DNA from: Paraspadella gotoi
Lineage: Eukaryota > Animalia > Chaetognatha
Direction: 5' to 3'
Assembly: GCA_051294375.1 (NCBI GenBank)
Contig: CM119263.1
Coordinates: forward strand, 1,456,981 to 1,520,980
Length of the DNA: 64,000 nt
Below are positions 12,743 through 25,457 of this stretch, piece after piece. Position 1 is the first letter of the stretch, and each line of letters begins with the position of its first letter. Made by a program: the position numbers and the translations under genes. Below the pieces are notes generated by a model, which ran no database searches, was not told the DNA's origin, and was given only the letters and a program-made list of their open reading frames with translations.

Positions 12743-15700
12743 ATGAAACAAGTCAGTATCTATCAAATGCGGCGACGACTATTGTGCAAAAACCGCTTCT
12801 TCTTCTTCGTCGTCGTCGTCGTCGTCGCTTTCGTCTTTGGAAGTTTTTATTCGGATTTTTTGCGCTTTGAAGATTTTGGATTCGATTCGTGGGAAGCAGA
12901 CGACGAAGCCTCGTTTCCGATCCATTCCGTCAATTTCTCTGGTAAACAAAAGATCAAAGAATTTTATAAACGAAAGATTAACGTGATTATAAAGATTCAC
13001 AGATATTCATAATTCATGTTTTACAGAGATTCATAAATCCTCATTCACAGAGTCTCATGATAATTCAGTCACAGAGTTCACATTCGGAAACGAGACGAAG
13101 AAAGGATTCGACGTCTTCACACCCGGATGTAGAATTCCCACCTTTGATCCCTTCGATCCATCGCTCAGTCACATCAAATTGAAGGGTGAGATCAATTACG
13201 AATCGAAAACACGTATGAAATTGACCTTGCAGTTAGGACAGGATATTTTGGAAACTATATTTGGGCGCCCTGACCCATCACTGGTCAAATGAAGACACAG
13301 TTCCGACCAGGGGCAAAACCCGCGATCAATGGGTATAAGAGATGAAGCGTTAGCTCTATGGATGAAAATTAACGTGGCCAAACTGTCCCACGTAAATTCT
13401 TATTATATTTCTCAATCTCAACTATTACAGCGCGGCAGAACTGGAGAGTCTTATTCAACGAGTTATAATATTTGGATGTTAATTTAAATTTATTAAATTC
13501 CAGGGAAAGAAAAGACAATCGAATGCAGCAAAACTCGACGATTTGTTGTGAGAAATTTAAAAGAAAATTCGATTCGTTTGAACGAAAAGGAAATAAAGGA
13601 AAAAAAGGAAAAAACTAAGAATTAAATCTTGTGAAATCAAAACTGTAAAGCGGCGAAGTGATTCGGACAGTTCGTGGGAATGGACGGACGCGCGGACATT
13701 TCGTGCGGACGCCAGCGTGAGTCATGAAAATTTATTAAAGAAATTATTTTAATAAACTAAATATGTAAACTAATAATCAAATCATAATATGTATCCGGAT
13801 TTTATTTTAATAAAATTTCCATTTAGAGTAAATAATTTTTTGAAAATATTAATTGATTTTTTCAATATATCTTCACAAAAGGTCAACCTCTCCGGCGACT
13901 TTTCACTGATCATTTGTTTCGACAAAGATCGTCGAGCTCTCTTCCAAGAATTCGTCGTCGCGGCTTTAGATGATAAAACAAAAGACAAAGAGACCAAAGA
14001 CTCTGGATTCGACGTTTTGCTCATCGGCGTCGATTCTGTATCGAGAAATAATTTCGTCAGAAATTTCCCGAAGACTCGAAAATTCCTCTTCGATAATTTG
14101 GAACCCGTGGAATATTTTGGGTAATTTAGACTTGAAATAAAGGTTCGAACTTCATACCAAGTAGTACAAGATAGAGTTCAGGTCTACCTGCTTGCGAATC
14201 CTAACGCATTGGAAGCATTCTTTACCATTTTATATCGCTTATGGAACTTGAATTCTTGATTAGCTATAGTCGAAATTCGAAATTTGCATCCAGTTAGTAC
14301 TTTCCTATAAATGGTAGAATGTTTCAGTTTGTATTTACAATTTAGAGTACCTCTTATAAAATTTCCAGGTACAACAAAGTTGCCGACAATACTCTGGTTA
14401 ATTTTATTCCATTTCTCACTGGAAAATATCTTAAAGATTTGCCTTGGACAGAAAAAATGGCTCATCTGCCTTTTGATAAATATCCTTTCATTTGGAAAAA
14501 TTTTTCAGATAGAGGGTAAGTTTATAAAATATTTTCGAAGGTTTTAGAATTCAAACTTTATGGTTTATGGTTTATTGTGAGAAAATAAGTTACGGATGTA
14601 TATGTTTTTTTGTATGTAAAAACGGTTTTAACCCAGATACCGCACTTTCTTCGGAGAAGACTCTCGCAGCATTAATACCTTCAACTACCAAAAAGCGGGA
14701 TTTCATTCTCAACCAACTGATTATTACTTCCGTCCATTTATGTTGGCTCATGAGGAATTAGAAAAAAAAATGGGCCTAAGGTACATAGTTATGTGTTTTT
14801 TTTTAAAGTTTCCTAAAACTGATATGCATTAATAATATAATTAATAATTGATAATCTTATAATAATATGTATAATAATATTTAAATAATTCTATTAATAA
14901 ACTTTTCAGCCGAGAATCTCGAACGAGATGCTTTGGATATCAAACTCAGGTAAAAGATTACTTTCTATTATTAAATTAATTTATGCACACTGCACAGGCT
15001 AATAATATATATTATATATATATATTGTGGGAGATTGTATTAAAAAACATTGTTTGAGCACTTAGCTCTAACCTAATTTGTACCATGTAGATTTCACTGG
15101 GCGAAGCCATTTCACTCTCAAAAATAAGAATCAATCCAAATCACGAGATTTTAATAAAATAATCAGAGCAGAGCAACAAGAGTGAGTTATAGAGAGAGAG
15201 CTATAGATAGAGAGAGCCAGAGAGAGCTCAAAGCTAATGTTTCCTGGGCAATCTCCTAAAAGTTTAACATCTACTTGCCCTTTTATACTTCTTTAAATTT
15301 AAATAGACCAATTAAAAACGACTTTCGACTTTTGAGAATACTACCAATAATTGGATCAGAAAGGTCTCGTCCAATCAGATTTAAGAACTAAATATTAACC
15401 CATGAAATCATAGAATAGAGGACGAGTTTGAGAATTTAAGCTAGTAACGTTATTGGTATTCCATATAAAACCGAATATTAATTTCGAAAACTAATTAAAT
15501 ATTTATAAACTATTTAACATATATTATATTGGTTGTACCAATTTCATATTATTATTTATATATCTCTCAAAATCCGCAGGGCGAATGGCTGTACGACTAT
15601 TTTCTCGAGTTTCTTCGAACTCACAAAAACGAAAAGAAATTCGCTTTAGTTTGGACGAACTCTTGGTCGCACGCTGAAGTCTACGACGCCGCTTTGGCCG

Positions 15701-18129
15701 ATGAGCCGACGGAAAAACTCTTTCACAAATTGAAACAGGGTCAGTTGTTGGAGAAACGGCGAATACTGGTCGATACTACGTATTTTGAATCGTACAACTT
15801 ATACATTGTGCAACTCTATCTGTTACATTTGATAAAATAGATTTTTAAAGAAGGTTTGTCGAATTTTTCTAAGACTTAAATTTTTAATAGAGGCAACATT
15901 TTTTTGTATTTTGTTAAGTATTACTTTTAATTTTAAAACGGATTTTACCTAACCTACTTGGACTGAATTTAGTCATTGCTCAGTTTTAAATTCTTTTTAA
16001 GAGAGAGATACGATCAACCTCATTGGTGCGTCTGTCAATCTATGAAACAAGTAGATGTTAAAGATAAAGATGTCACTAAAGCTGGACAATTCATCGTTCA
16101 ACAGGTTTTGGATATTTTATTGATTGGATAATGAAAAAAAATATCAAACATTAAATCCTAAATAATATAATGTGATTTTATAAATATATTTTTTACGCTC
16201 AATAGAGAAGTGCAGAAATAATTGTAAAGTTTTAAAACTGACCACTTATTCACTTTTTGTTGCAACTTTTTCGCCACTTTAGTTTATTAAAGTTTTTTTT
16301 GTTTTTTTTTACAGATAAACAAATATCTCTCTGAAAAAAAGACGTTTGTGAGCACTACAGTATGAAAAATATTAAGAGCGCATTTGTGACGGAATCTTCA
16401 GAATACTATCTCAAGGTTGAAAATCGATAATATTCATAACTTTTAAACACGCGAGTTATATATACTATATATAATTAATACTATCTCAAAGTTGAAATGG
16501 ATATATTTTCATAATGTNNNNNNNNNNNNNNNNNNNNNNNNNTAAATCAGGCGGCTTCTAGAAAATTCCATTGTGATTTTCTTCTCTGATCACGGCTTCA
16601 GATTTGGTCAAATCAGAGAAACTTTCGCGGGAAAATTCGAAGAGCGTCTTCCTTTCCTTTTCTTTCTCGCGCCCAAAAGATTCAAAAAAGATCATAGAGG
16701 GCGTTACGAGAATTTAAAGAAAAATGCACGAAGACTGACGACCAATTTGACATTTATCAAACTCTGGTGGATCTTTTGGATTTAGGGTCTATGAAAGAAA
16801 CGAGGTACGTAGTATGAATGCTCAATATATAATTATATATTTTATATATTTTTTGATTTTTTAGAGTATTTTGCCAGCTTTTTTTTCTTTTTTTTTCATA
16901 TTTGTGATATTATAGAAGATTCAACTAATCAAAGATTTTTGTAAGAAAGAATGATACAACCCTATTTAAATTTTTTTTTCAAAATAATTTACGCTTTTAA
17001 AATGAGTCAAAGTATGTTATAGAATAACGTTAAAGATTTAAAATGCTAAAAGGAAAAAAGCATTTTAATTTAATTTTTCTTACTTATACTATTATAAAAT
17101 TCTTGTATGATTTTTCGTTATAAAGAGGCAAAGAAAACTCTCCTTTTGTCAACGGTATCCAATACCGCTATTCGCTCCTTGATGAAGTTCCTCTCGAAAG
17201 AAATTGTGAATCGGCAACGATCAAACCTCATTGGTGCGTCTGTCAATCTATGAAACAAGTAGATGTTAAAGATAAAGATGTCACTAAAGCTGGACAATTC
17301 ATCGTTCAACAGGTTTTGGATATTTTATTGATTGGATAATGAAAAAAAAATATCAAACATAAATCCTAAATAATATAATGTGATTTTATAAATATATTTT
17401 TTACCGCTCAATAGAGAAGTGCAGAAATAATTGTAAAGTTTTAAAACTGACCACTTATTCACTTTTTGTTGCAACTTTTTCGCCACTTTAGTTTAATTAA
17501 AGTTTTTTTTTTTTTTTTTACAGATAAACAAATATCTCTCTGTTAAAAAAGACGTTTGTGAGCACTACAGTATGAAAAATATTAAGAGCGCATTTGTGAC
17601 GGAATCTTCAGAATACTATCTCAAGGTTGAAAATCGATATATTTTCATAATCTTTTAAACACCGAGTTATATATACTATATATAATTATACTATCTCAAA
17701 GTGAAATGGATATATTTTCATAATGTTTTAAACACCGAGTTATATAATTATATAGCGTCTTTTTTCCACAGTTCAAGTCGGTTCTAATGATGTTCTACAA
17801 TCGAAAATCACTATCACCTAAAGTGACAGCCGCTAAAAATTATGTCATCATAGTTGAAGTTGGTCCCGGAAGAGGCGTTTTTGAGGGAATGGCATTTTGA
17901 TGGATTTGAGAGTATTATTCCATTTAGCCGCAAAAAAGTCATTAAATATTCTTTTCAGGCACAGTGCGGGTTTGGGAAAAGAACAACAACAACAACAAGA
18001 TGGAGCCGATGAAATTAGAAGGAGAAGTGAGCAGAATCAATTTGTACGGTAACGATTCTCATTGCGTCAAAGAAGCTAATTTGAAAAAAGTATTGTTATT
18101 GTAAGATTCAATCGTTAAATAGAATTTAA
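12743..18129 (+). CDS. DUF229 (PF02995) family type II membrane protein, alkaline phosphatase/sulfatase superfamily; about 13 exons (approx. 12743-12941, 13027-13185, 13504-13717, 13882-14120, 14369-14515, 14638-14780, 14910-14949, 15580-15739, 16551-16804, 17126-17312, 17524-17625, 17772-17885, 17959-18129)
   Basis: N-terminal TM; TPGCRIPTFDPFDPS; IGVDSVSRNNFVRNFPKT; GYNKVADNT; PTDYYFRPF; FFSDHGFRFG..ETFAGKFEERLP; HWCVC; SRINLYG..LKKYCYC; GT-AG junctions; a few 1-nt indels, probably sequencing errors. Confidence 0.88.
15026..15519 (-). mobile_element. Solo LTR (about 494 bp) in a DUF229 intron
   Basis: TGT...ACA termini flanked by TATAT on both sides (15021-15025, 15520-15524); minus-strand TATAAAAG near 15281-15287 with several CCAAT motifs upstream of it. 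Confidence 0.55.
16010..16517 (+). repeat. Out-of-order duplicate of 17216-17725 next to an N-gap (probable assembly artefact)
   Basis: Near-identical to parts of DUF229 exons 10-11 and their introns, ending at the gap at 16518. Confidence 0.8.
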
Positions 18130-18160
18130 AAGAATGTAATCGTATAACTGATTTCTTTTT

Positions 18161-18219
<59 letters not shown>

Positions 18220-18404
18220 CGGGTAAAAATAAGGAGAGATGTAGAGAGAGAGAGAAAGAGTCAGTAAATTGATTCCCTAAACCATAAACATTGTGGCCAT
18301 TTGGGTTGACATTGTGATAGCTAAATTTTTGTCTGGCCTAATTATATCAATCATATTATATCTAAACACAAATAGTTTCTAAGAAATTTTGTTTTAGCAA
18401 TCGC

Positions 18405-19815
18405 TGTTCTAGAATTATATGTTGGGTTTAATATCCTAGAAGCCCGGGTTCACCCGTTGGTGTCGGTAAAGTCAGGAGTCTTTATAACTTATACTATACT
18501 GGGTGCACCAGTTTAGTTTCATGATTCAGTCCACAGATTATAATATGATAGGATATTACTATTCTAAGCTAATAAGGGTTATATATAGTTTCCTAAACCT
18601 TTATCCAGGCTAACCTGGTTGAAGAAGTCCCTCAAGGCCCTATCAGTTCCTAGCCCAGGGCGTACACTGGTATCTCAGCAATTCCTGTTCCCTAGCCTAA
18701 CCAAATCTCTATTCTAGCTGGTCTCCTATCAGTAAGACACACAATGATTATTATTACTATAATCTACTTTATTACCATCCAATCTAGCCAGAACCACAAT
18801 TAATTACACAAAAATATATAGAAAGAGGAACCAGGAATTAGTGTACTTAATATAAATTATTACAGTTTCCCATAGGGTTTGGTTATACACTCTGTAATTA
18901 TGTTACACTACTTTTACTAAGTAGTAACCACCATAGTACTTGGGTACTATTCTGCCAATTATTATTAGGTAACCTTTATAAATGTTACTATTTACTTAGT
19001 AACAACACATAACCCAAAATATTTACTTCAGCCTTTAGAAGAAGTGTATGCTTCCAACAGAGTCTGAAAATGAGACTGTCCTTCTCAAGCAAAGCTCCCT
19101 CCTTTTATAGCCCTTCTGAGCTCTCGTTCTGTTAGCTATCATATCATAAGTAATAAAATAACTATATTCCGTTTCGATAATCTTACGGGGATGTACTTGA
19201 AACTATCCAGTTTCTCCCTTGCTCTGAACTCTTACGCTACTACTCTGATTTCATCTAATTCTAATTCTCTAAAGATTCCCTTCTTACGCTCAATAATTTA
19301 TACGTGAATTCTTTATTGGATAACCTTGATGCATCTGCTTTCTGATTGGTTTATCTAACAAGGTAGAGAGAAGCTCCACAACTCCTGTTTAAGTATCTCA
19401 CTTGATAACCTTACAAATTAGCTTTCTTCGTTCCTGATTAGTTTAGAAAATCTCTAAGCTCGTATTTTCAACCAATCCTATCAATTCTTTTTATCTTATA
19501 TCTCTAACGTTAATTCCTCGCTCCTGATTCGTCAATCTCACCTATTCTTTTTTATGATTGGCCGTTAACAATTTAATACCCAATTATACTTAATCTTCCG
19601 TTAATATCTATTTCTTCGTTAGCTTTATTTTATATTATTATATATTACCAAACCATATGATTTTAAGTAATTAATAATATATATAATTTTATAAAGGTTC
19701 CTCTTTCTTTACAAAGTTATACGAAACTGAAAGAAATTACACAGATATATAACTGCTTATATATCCATGTATAATGTAAATAATCAAAATCATGCTCATA
19801 CAATTTTCTATAACA
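18405..19815 (-). mobile_element. 3' LTR (about 1.41 kb) of a Ty3/Gypsy-like retroelement
   Basis: Termini TGTTCTAGAA...TTCTATAACA (imperfect 10-bp inverted repeat); minus-strand TATAAAA at 19103-19109 and AATAAA near 18770; the left boundary is exactly where the sequence diverges from the empty-site copy at 25457. Confidence 0.8.
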
Positions 19816-19848
19816 TCCCTCCCATCAAAATCTTATAACGTCCTCGTT
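19816..19848 (-). other. Polypurine tract abutting the 3' LTR
   Basis: Minus strand AACGAGGACGTTATAAGATTTTGATGGGAGGGA|TGTTATAG; a GAGGACG...PPT|TG arrangement is typical of Ty3/Gypsy 3' ends. Confidence 0.75.
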
Positions 19849-21733
19849 ATATTAACAGGTAGTCATCCATATATATACTTATTTAAATTATTAAATTATA
19901 ATTTTATTTATTTAATTATTTATTTACTTATTTATATTTATTTTATTTATTTATTTAATTACTTATCTATATTTATTTATTTACATATTTATATATTTAA
20001 TATTTATCTAGTTATTTAAATAAATATATATATGTATATATATATATATTTTTTTTTTTGACCACCCTGTATCCATTATAATTAACCTTTTACCATTTCC
20101 TCCCTTTTTTCTTCCCAAAAGTTTTTCTTGAGGCCACTCTGTAATTGCTCGACGTCCTTTTGTTTGGACGATGCATCCACGGTTTTTCCCAGTAGAAAGC
20201 AATATTCCCCCATGAAATTTGATCACGAACGTCAGAAGGGAAATCGGATGTAGCAGGGTTACTTTTGGCTAGTAGGTTAGTTTGTGAGCTTTATGTTATT
20301 TGGGTCTGAGGTTCACGTCACATTCACTTGGTTTGTATTGTTCTTGGTACTGTGATTTTACTGTTTAGTTGTTGTTTGGTATTGTGAGGGTACTTAGGTA
20401 AGTCATCAGGTCGTAACTTGGTAATTCATAATACAATAGAATTTTGTTGTATATTTCAAACTATTTACAGGTTTCTCCTTGTTCACGTTGAAGCAGACAG
20501 TTTATAAATCATTGTATGGTTTGTTTGGGAAGTACACGATTTTTTTAATATTTAGTGAATGTTCTTATCTCTCCCTCTCCCCCTCACTAACATTCAAAAA
20601 TCGTTTTTCCGGCAATTTATTTTTAAATATTAGGCTATGTACTTCGCCTAACCGTTGATCTCTGTTCATCATTCCATCAGCGAAGTCACACAATAAACTT
20701 TGACGTGGTTTAACAATCGACTTTTACTTCAGCAATCTGTCTAGGTTTTTACCTCAAAATTCGGGTTTTGATGATACTAATCTGACTAACGTACCAATCT
20801 ATCCATTAAGTAGGTCTGATAACTCAAATTGGTACTAAACCGGACACATTTTAATTGAATTTATTTTCAATATTGTAAGTAACAGTAAAACAATTTAAAT
20901 TAATATGCGAACCAATAAAATCAAAACTCGAAACTCAATAGGCAACAATAACAGCAAAGCTACAAAGAGAAGAAAGAACAGGAATGTATTAGTAAGCAAC
21001 TGCTCACAGTACAATTAATATTCTGATTGAAGTATTTTTAAATGGCAACGTAACAATTATAAAAGTGACAGAGCAGGCTACATGCCTTGATCAATAGAAA
21101 AAAATTCAAGGATCAAGTAAATGGTAACTATACTACAGCTGGTACCCCCTTAAATCCCCTTTTCCTCTCTCTCCGCCTCAGCCACTAGTTCCTTAAGGTC
21201 TTGTATGAGGCCACTATGATTTTGAGCGAGGAATCGCCGTAACCCTTCTCTTCCCCTTTTTAATACTTTAAGTTCCACGTCCCAACGATTACTTGTTTCT
21301 AGAGACGGAAGTAAGACTTTAGTGCGTGATGCACTCTATGGATTAGCCATAAGTCTTTTTTGTAAGAATACGCCGCACGGAGCCCCTTGTTTTCTTCTTG
21401 CGTCGCCGGAAGTACATTTAGGTTGAACATCAAGGCTATCCCACAGTCACAATTTCCTCCATCAAATTGCAGCGTTGTCCGATTTAGGAAATCGCCCGCA
21501 GCAAAGGCTATGATTAATAAAGGATTTATTATTTTTATTATATTTATGCAATTTTTATGACACTAAGTTGATTCGTCCATATGCTTATAGGTACAATGAA
21601 CACTTAGTAAGGTACAGTAATACTGGGCAATGGGCATCTCACAAATATACTTGTATTATTTACTTTATATTATCTATATTACGTAATGAAGTTAACTGGA
21701 TAAACACTGCAATTCACATTAGTTTACACGAAC

Positions 21734-21922
21734 CTATAGCATTGGAGGTGCGTATGCGGCTGCGTCCTCATCTTTTTCCCCCTTACTTCCACCATGCACG
21801 GCGCGTGGTTGCAGAAGCGGCAATCAGAGATTTTTGCCAATACCGCGTGTACCGTTACCGCCCTTCCGCTTTCACCGATGGTGGTCGCCGCATGGATGAA
21901 CTCTGTCACATTGTGGTACAAC
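21734..21922 (-). CDS. Putative second exon of the accessory gene (Cys/His-rich)
   Basis: TTTTTAG acceptor at 21923-21924 and AG|GT donor at 22105 join in frame (phase 2) to LYHNVTEF...DCRFCNHAPC...HTHLQCY; 189-nt symmetric exon. Confidence 0.45.
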
Positions 21923-22098
21923 CTAAAAATTTATATCATTTTTATAATTACTACTGGGTTCTTCATTTTACCTTAACCCATTTACCACGTTACCACTTTC
22001 AATTTTACATTTTAGTATATTGACTATTTACTTTTATTTTAATAATAAAATATATATATATATTTTTTTTTTTTTATTATTAAGCTTTGTGCTGTTTT

Positions 22099-23130
22099 TC
22101 AAAACCTGCAGCGTGGCTGATGCGGATGTCTCGTCAGCATTTCCCGTGTCGTTAGCAACAGCCCCGTCTCCGCCCCCTGCTCTGGTAATTCGCGATAAGA
22201 TGAAACAAATTCCGCTGTGGCCGGTTTTGAGTGCGCAGGCCGTCGTAAACTAGGAACTTCCTCGGCAGGTGCCTGGTTTAGAGATGAGTCCAGGGCAGAC
22301 ATGAAAGCATTGGCCCTCCTATTAAGTGTCTCCGGCGAGTCCCCCCTGTTAGGTCTCGTAGCGTTGACTCGAATTTCCCCCTTTTGATGGGTGCCCCCTT
22401 GTTGACGTTTTTGATCTGTCTGAGCTATGGCGTCGACGAGCCGTCTCCCTCTTTGTTGAAGCTCTTTTCGTTGATCCGTCTGAGCTTCAGCGTCGACGAG
22501 TCGCCCCTCTCTTTGTTGCCTTTCCCTCCTTTTTCCTTCCTCAATCCCCCATTTTCTTTACCCTTTCTTTTGTTTCATCAACTTCCTTTACTAGATCTAT
22601 TACAAAGGATTCATCTGTACTTATGTAGCCAGGGTTACGACGCCGACAGTGAGGGCATGAAACGTGGCCGGCAGTCCACGTATCAATGCACGATTTGCAG
22701 AGGATCTTCTTGCAGCCCTTCATCATCACCGGAATTCTGGCCAGATCAAGGCAGATTAGACACCTGAGTTCAAAAGGGTCGAATGACTCGTCCACACCCC
22801 TTTCAACGATCTCCTCCAAGGTAAAGATCGGCGCTTGTGGCCGGACCGTTGTCTCTTCTTCTCCTTGTGCGGCCCCTTCTGTCTGGATTCCATATGTTGG
22901 CTCGTGAGTCCCTTCTTCCACCAATTCCCATTTGGCGCCCCTTCCAGAATTCCTCCTGGTCTTGTTCCGCGTTATTGAATACTATCTGAGGTTGATGTGG
23001 CACTTCTCGGAGACTTGCCTCAATCGCGATTCGCAAAGTTTCTTGGAATTCCATTACTTCGGCGCCGATGATTAGATGAACTTCTTTATAGGTTTGAAGG
23101 GCTTGCTCGATGTTTCCGTCAGTGTCGACG
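22099..23130 (-). CDS. Accessory ORF (at least ~340 aa, 5'-truncated): UBA-like fragment, UIM, RING finger, charged helix, tandem xQTD motifs
   Basis: Three track ORFs (22803-23054, 22541-22924, 22099-22302) join into one frame by removing one G from each of two G-runs (near 22929 and 22548); RING C-x2-C-x12-C-x4-C-x2-C-x10-C-x2-C at 22646-22762; UIM LRIAIEASLRE within 23004-23054. Confidence 0.65.
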
Positions 23131-25234
23131 CTTTAAACACCGAGTTATATAATTATATAGCGTCTTTTTTCCACAGTTCAAGTCGGTTCTTAATGATGTT
23201 CTAAATCGAAAATTCTACTATCAACCTAAAGTGACAGCCGCTAAAAATTATGTCATCATAGTTGAAGTTGGTCCCGGAAGAGGCGTTTTTGAGGGTAATG
23301 GCATTTGATGGATTTGAGANNNNNNNNNNNNNNNNNNNNNNNNNAAAGCAATTATATTCGCCAAAAAAGCATTAAATGATCTTTTCAGCACAGTGCGGTT
23401 GGGAAAGAAAACCAACAACAAGAAATGGTGCGCGATGAAATTAGAACGAAAGAGATCAGAATCAATTTATACGCGTAATCGACCTCCATTGAGCGTCAAA
23501 GAAGCAAATCTTGAAAAAGTTGTTATGTAAAATCAAGTCGTAAAATAATTAAAAGAATGTAATCGTATAATTACTACATTGAAAAGAACGAAAAGAGACA
23601 GGGGTAAAAAGGAGAAGAAGGAGAAAAGAAGAGAGAGAGTCATTAAATGTCCTAAAACCATAAACAAAAAACACAACCAAAACAAAATACTTTACCTCCG
23701 TTACCTGCCTTTAGTTCTTTGATTCGACAACAGCAATTGATAATAAAATATCCGAGGATCCAAAACTCTTATTTTTCAATTTAATTAAAATAAGATACTA
23801 ATATGCGATTCTGTGATTAGTCAAAACTACGGACAATCACGGGACATTTAAAATTTCGTGATTTTAAGATTTTATAGTAAAAAGTTATTAAAATGCTAAA
23901 ATAGAATGCACTAAAAATTAATTAATTTATAATTTTTAACAATATTAAAGAGTAAAGGAAAGTAATTGGTCAAAACAAGCCAAAAGGGTAAGCGGCAAAG
24001 AATACTAACATTTTTCCCATAACTCCTTTCCTTCTCTTTTACTCTACATATTACTCTCTGTCTCTCAATCTCATCCTGTATTCTTCTACTACAATCGCTT
24101 ATTTACATTCGCCAACCGTTTTGAAAGTTTACTAACAAAAGAGCGATTAATCACATATTGGGCCTAAATTTCATAGAATACTCATCAATTGTTTCAAACT
24201 TATATAATAAATGCTTACAAATAATACAAATAATTTTTCAACAATAACATTAAATAATCTACATCGAAAACAATAATAATAGACATCCAACTATTACGGT
24301 GGAAAATATATTATAGAACTTTCAATTATATTGTTCATAGCTTGCTTGAGAGACACCCGATTTCCAGTGGCATCCCGCCAACGGGGTATGGGCAATTGTC
24401 ATCATCGTCTTTCGAAATTCTCTCGTTCTCTATCTGTTTTCTTATATTCACTTTCTCACATTCCACAATCAAAGTTTGGCAAACAAACAAAGCACATGCC
24501 TATAGCTTAAACTGAAATTGACATAACATATTGGCAAAAAACAACAATAATGCATAAACACTTCAGGACCGGGGAAAATAATAAGAAGATACAAACATCT
24601 CATGCCAGAGATCCATAGTATCCTTTCGACTCTAACTGGAAACATAATAACTCTAATAACTAAAGACAAAATACAATATAATACATAAAGTGTATAAGTA
24701 GAAAGAGACCAACAATGAGTCCTGCACTCTGTTAAAGTGTTCAATGAAATTGGAGTGAGAATCCTCCATAATCAAAAAAATTGCTGAACAAAAAAACAAT
24801 AAAGCCATATGAATAAAATAACACCAAACCATAATATTATAACCTAACTGCATAATTAATTGTCACGTCCCCAGCAGGACACTCAAAATTGCCATAACCC
24901 TATCTACTTTAGGCTCATTGAAATGATGTAATAAGTCACACAAAAAATCTGGTTTAACAAAAATGGAAAATTTGTAATGATGAGCATCTTTCAAGTTTAA
25001 CAATACACTCATAAACAAAGACAAGGAGACCAACACTCACAAAGCTCGTTACTCGGACGAAATTCCAAAACAAAAACGAAATCAATGTAAAAACTACATT
25101 TGAACTAAATAAAAAAATAATTTAACGATTCTCATTGCGTCAAAGAAGCTAATTTGAAAAAGTATTGTTATTGTAAGATTCAATCGTTAAATAGAATTTA
25201 AAAAGAATGTAATCGTCATAACTGATTTCTTTTT

Positions 25235-25280
<46 letters not shown>

Positions 25281-25457
25281 AAAATAAGGAGAGATGTAGA
25301 GAGAGAGAGAAAGAGTCAGTAAATTGATTCCCTAAACCATAAACATTGTGGCCATTTGGGTTGACATTGTGATAGCTAAATTTTTGTCGGCCTAATTATA
25401 TCAATCATATTATATCTAAACACAAATAGTTTCTAGAAAATTTGTTTTAGCAATCGC
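23131..25457 (+). repeat. Re-run of the DUF229 3' end: copy of about 17726-17910, an error-rich copy after the gap, unalignable noisy sequence (about 23660-25120), then a clean copy of about 18050-18404
   Basis: Direct identity with the earlier copy; 23344-23660 looks like uncorrected read sequence. Confidence 0.8.

Larger units (their letters stand above)
18405..23130 (-). mobile_element. 5'-truncated LTR retroelement (3' LTR + about 3.3 kb internal region with accessory ORF; gag/pol not in the window)
   Basis: LTR + PPT; sequence absent from the empty-site copy; abrupt switch back to DUF229 duplicate sequence at 23131. Confidence 0.65.

Noticed and set aside
23660-25120. Unique-looking sequence with small ORFs
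   Set aside because: Follows an error-rich duplicate after a gap; looks like low-quality read sequence, with no motifs
23131-25200. A second DUF229 paralogue
   Set aside because: Only 3' fragments, near-identical including introns and adjacent to gaps; better explained as haplotype or assembly redundancy
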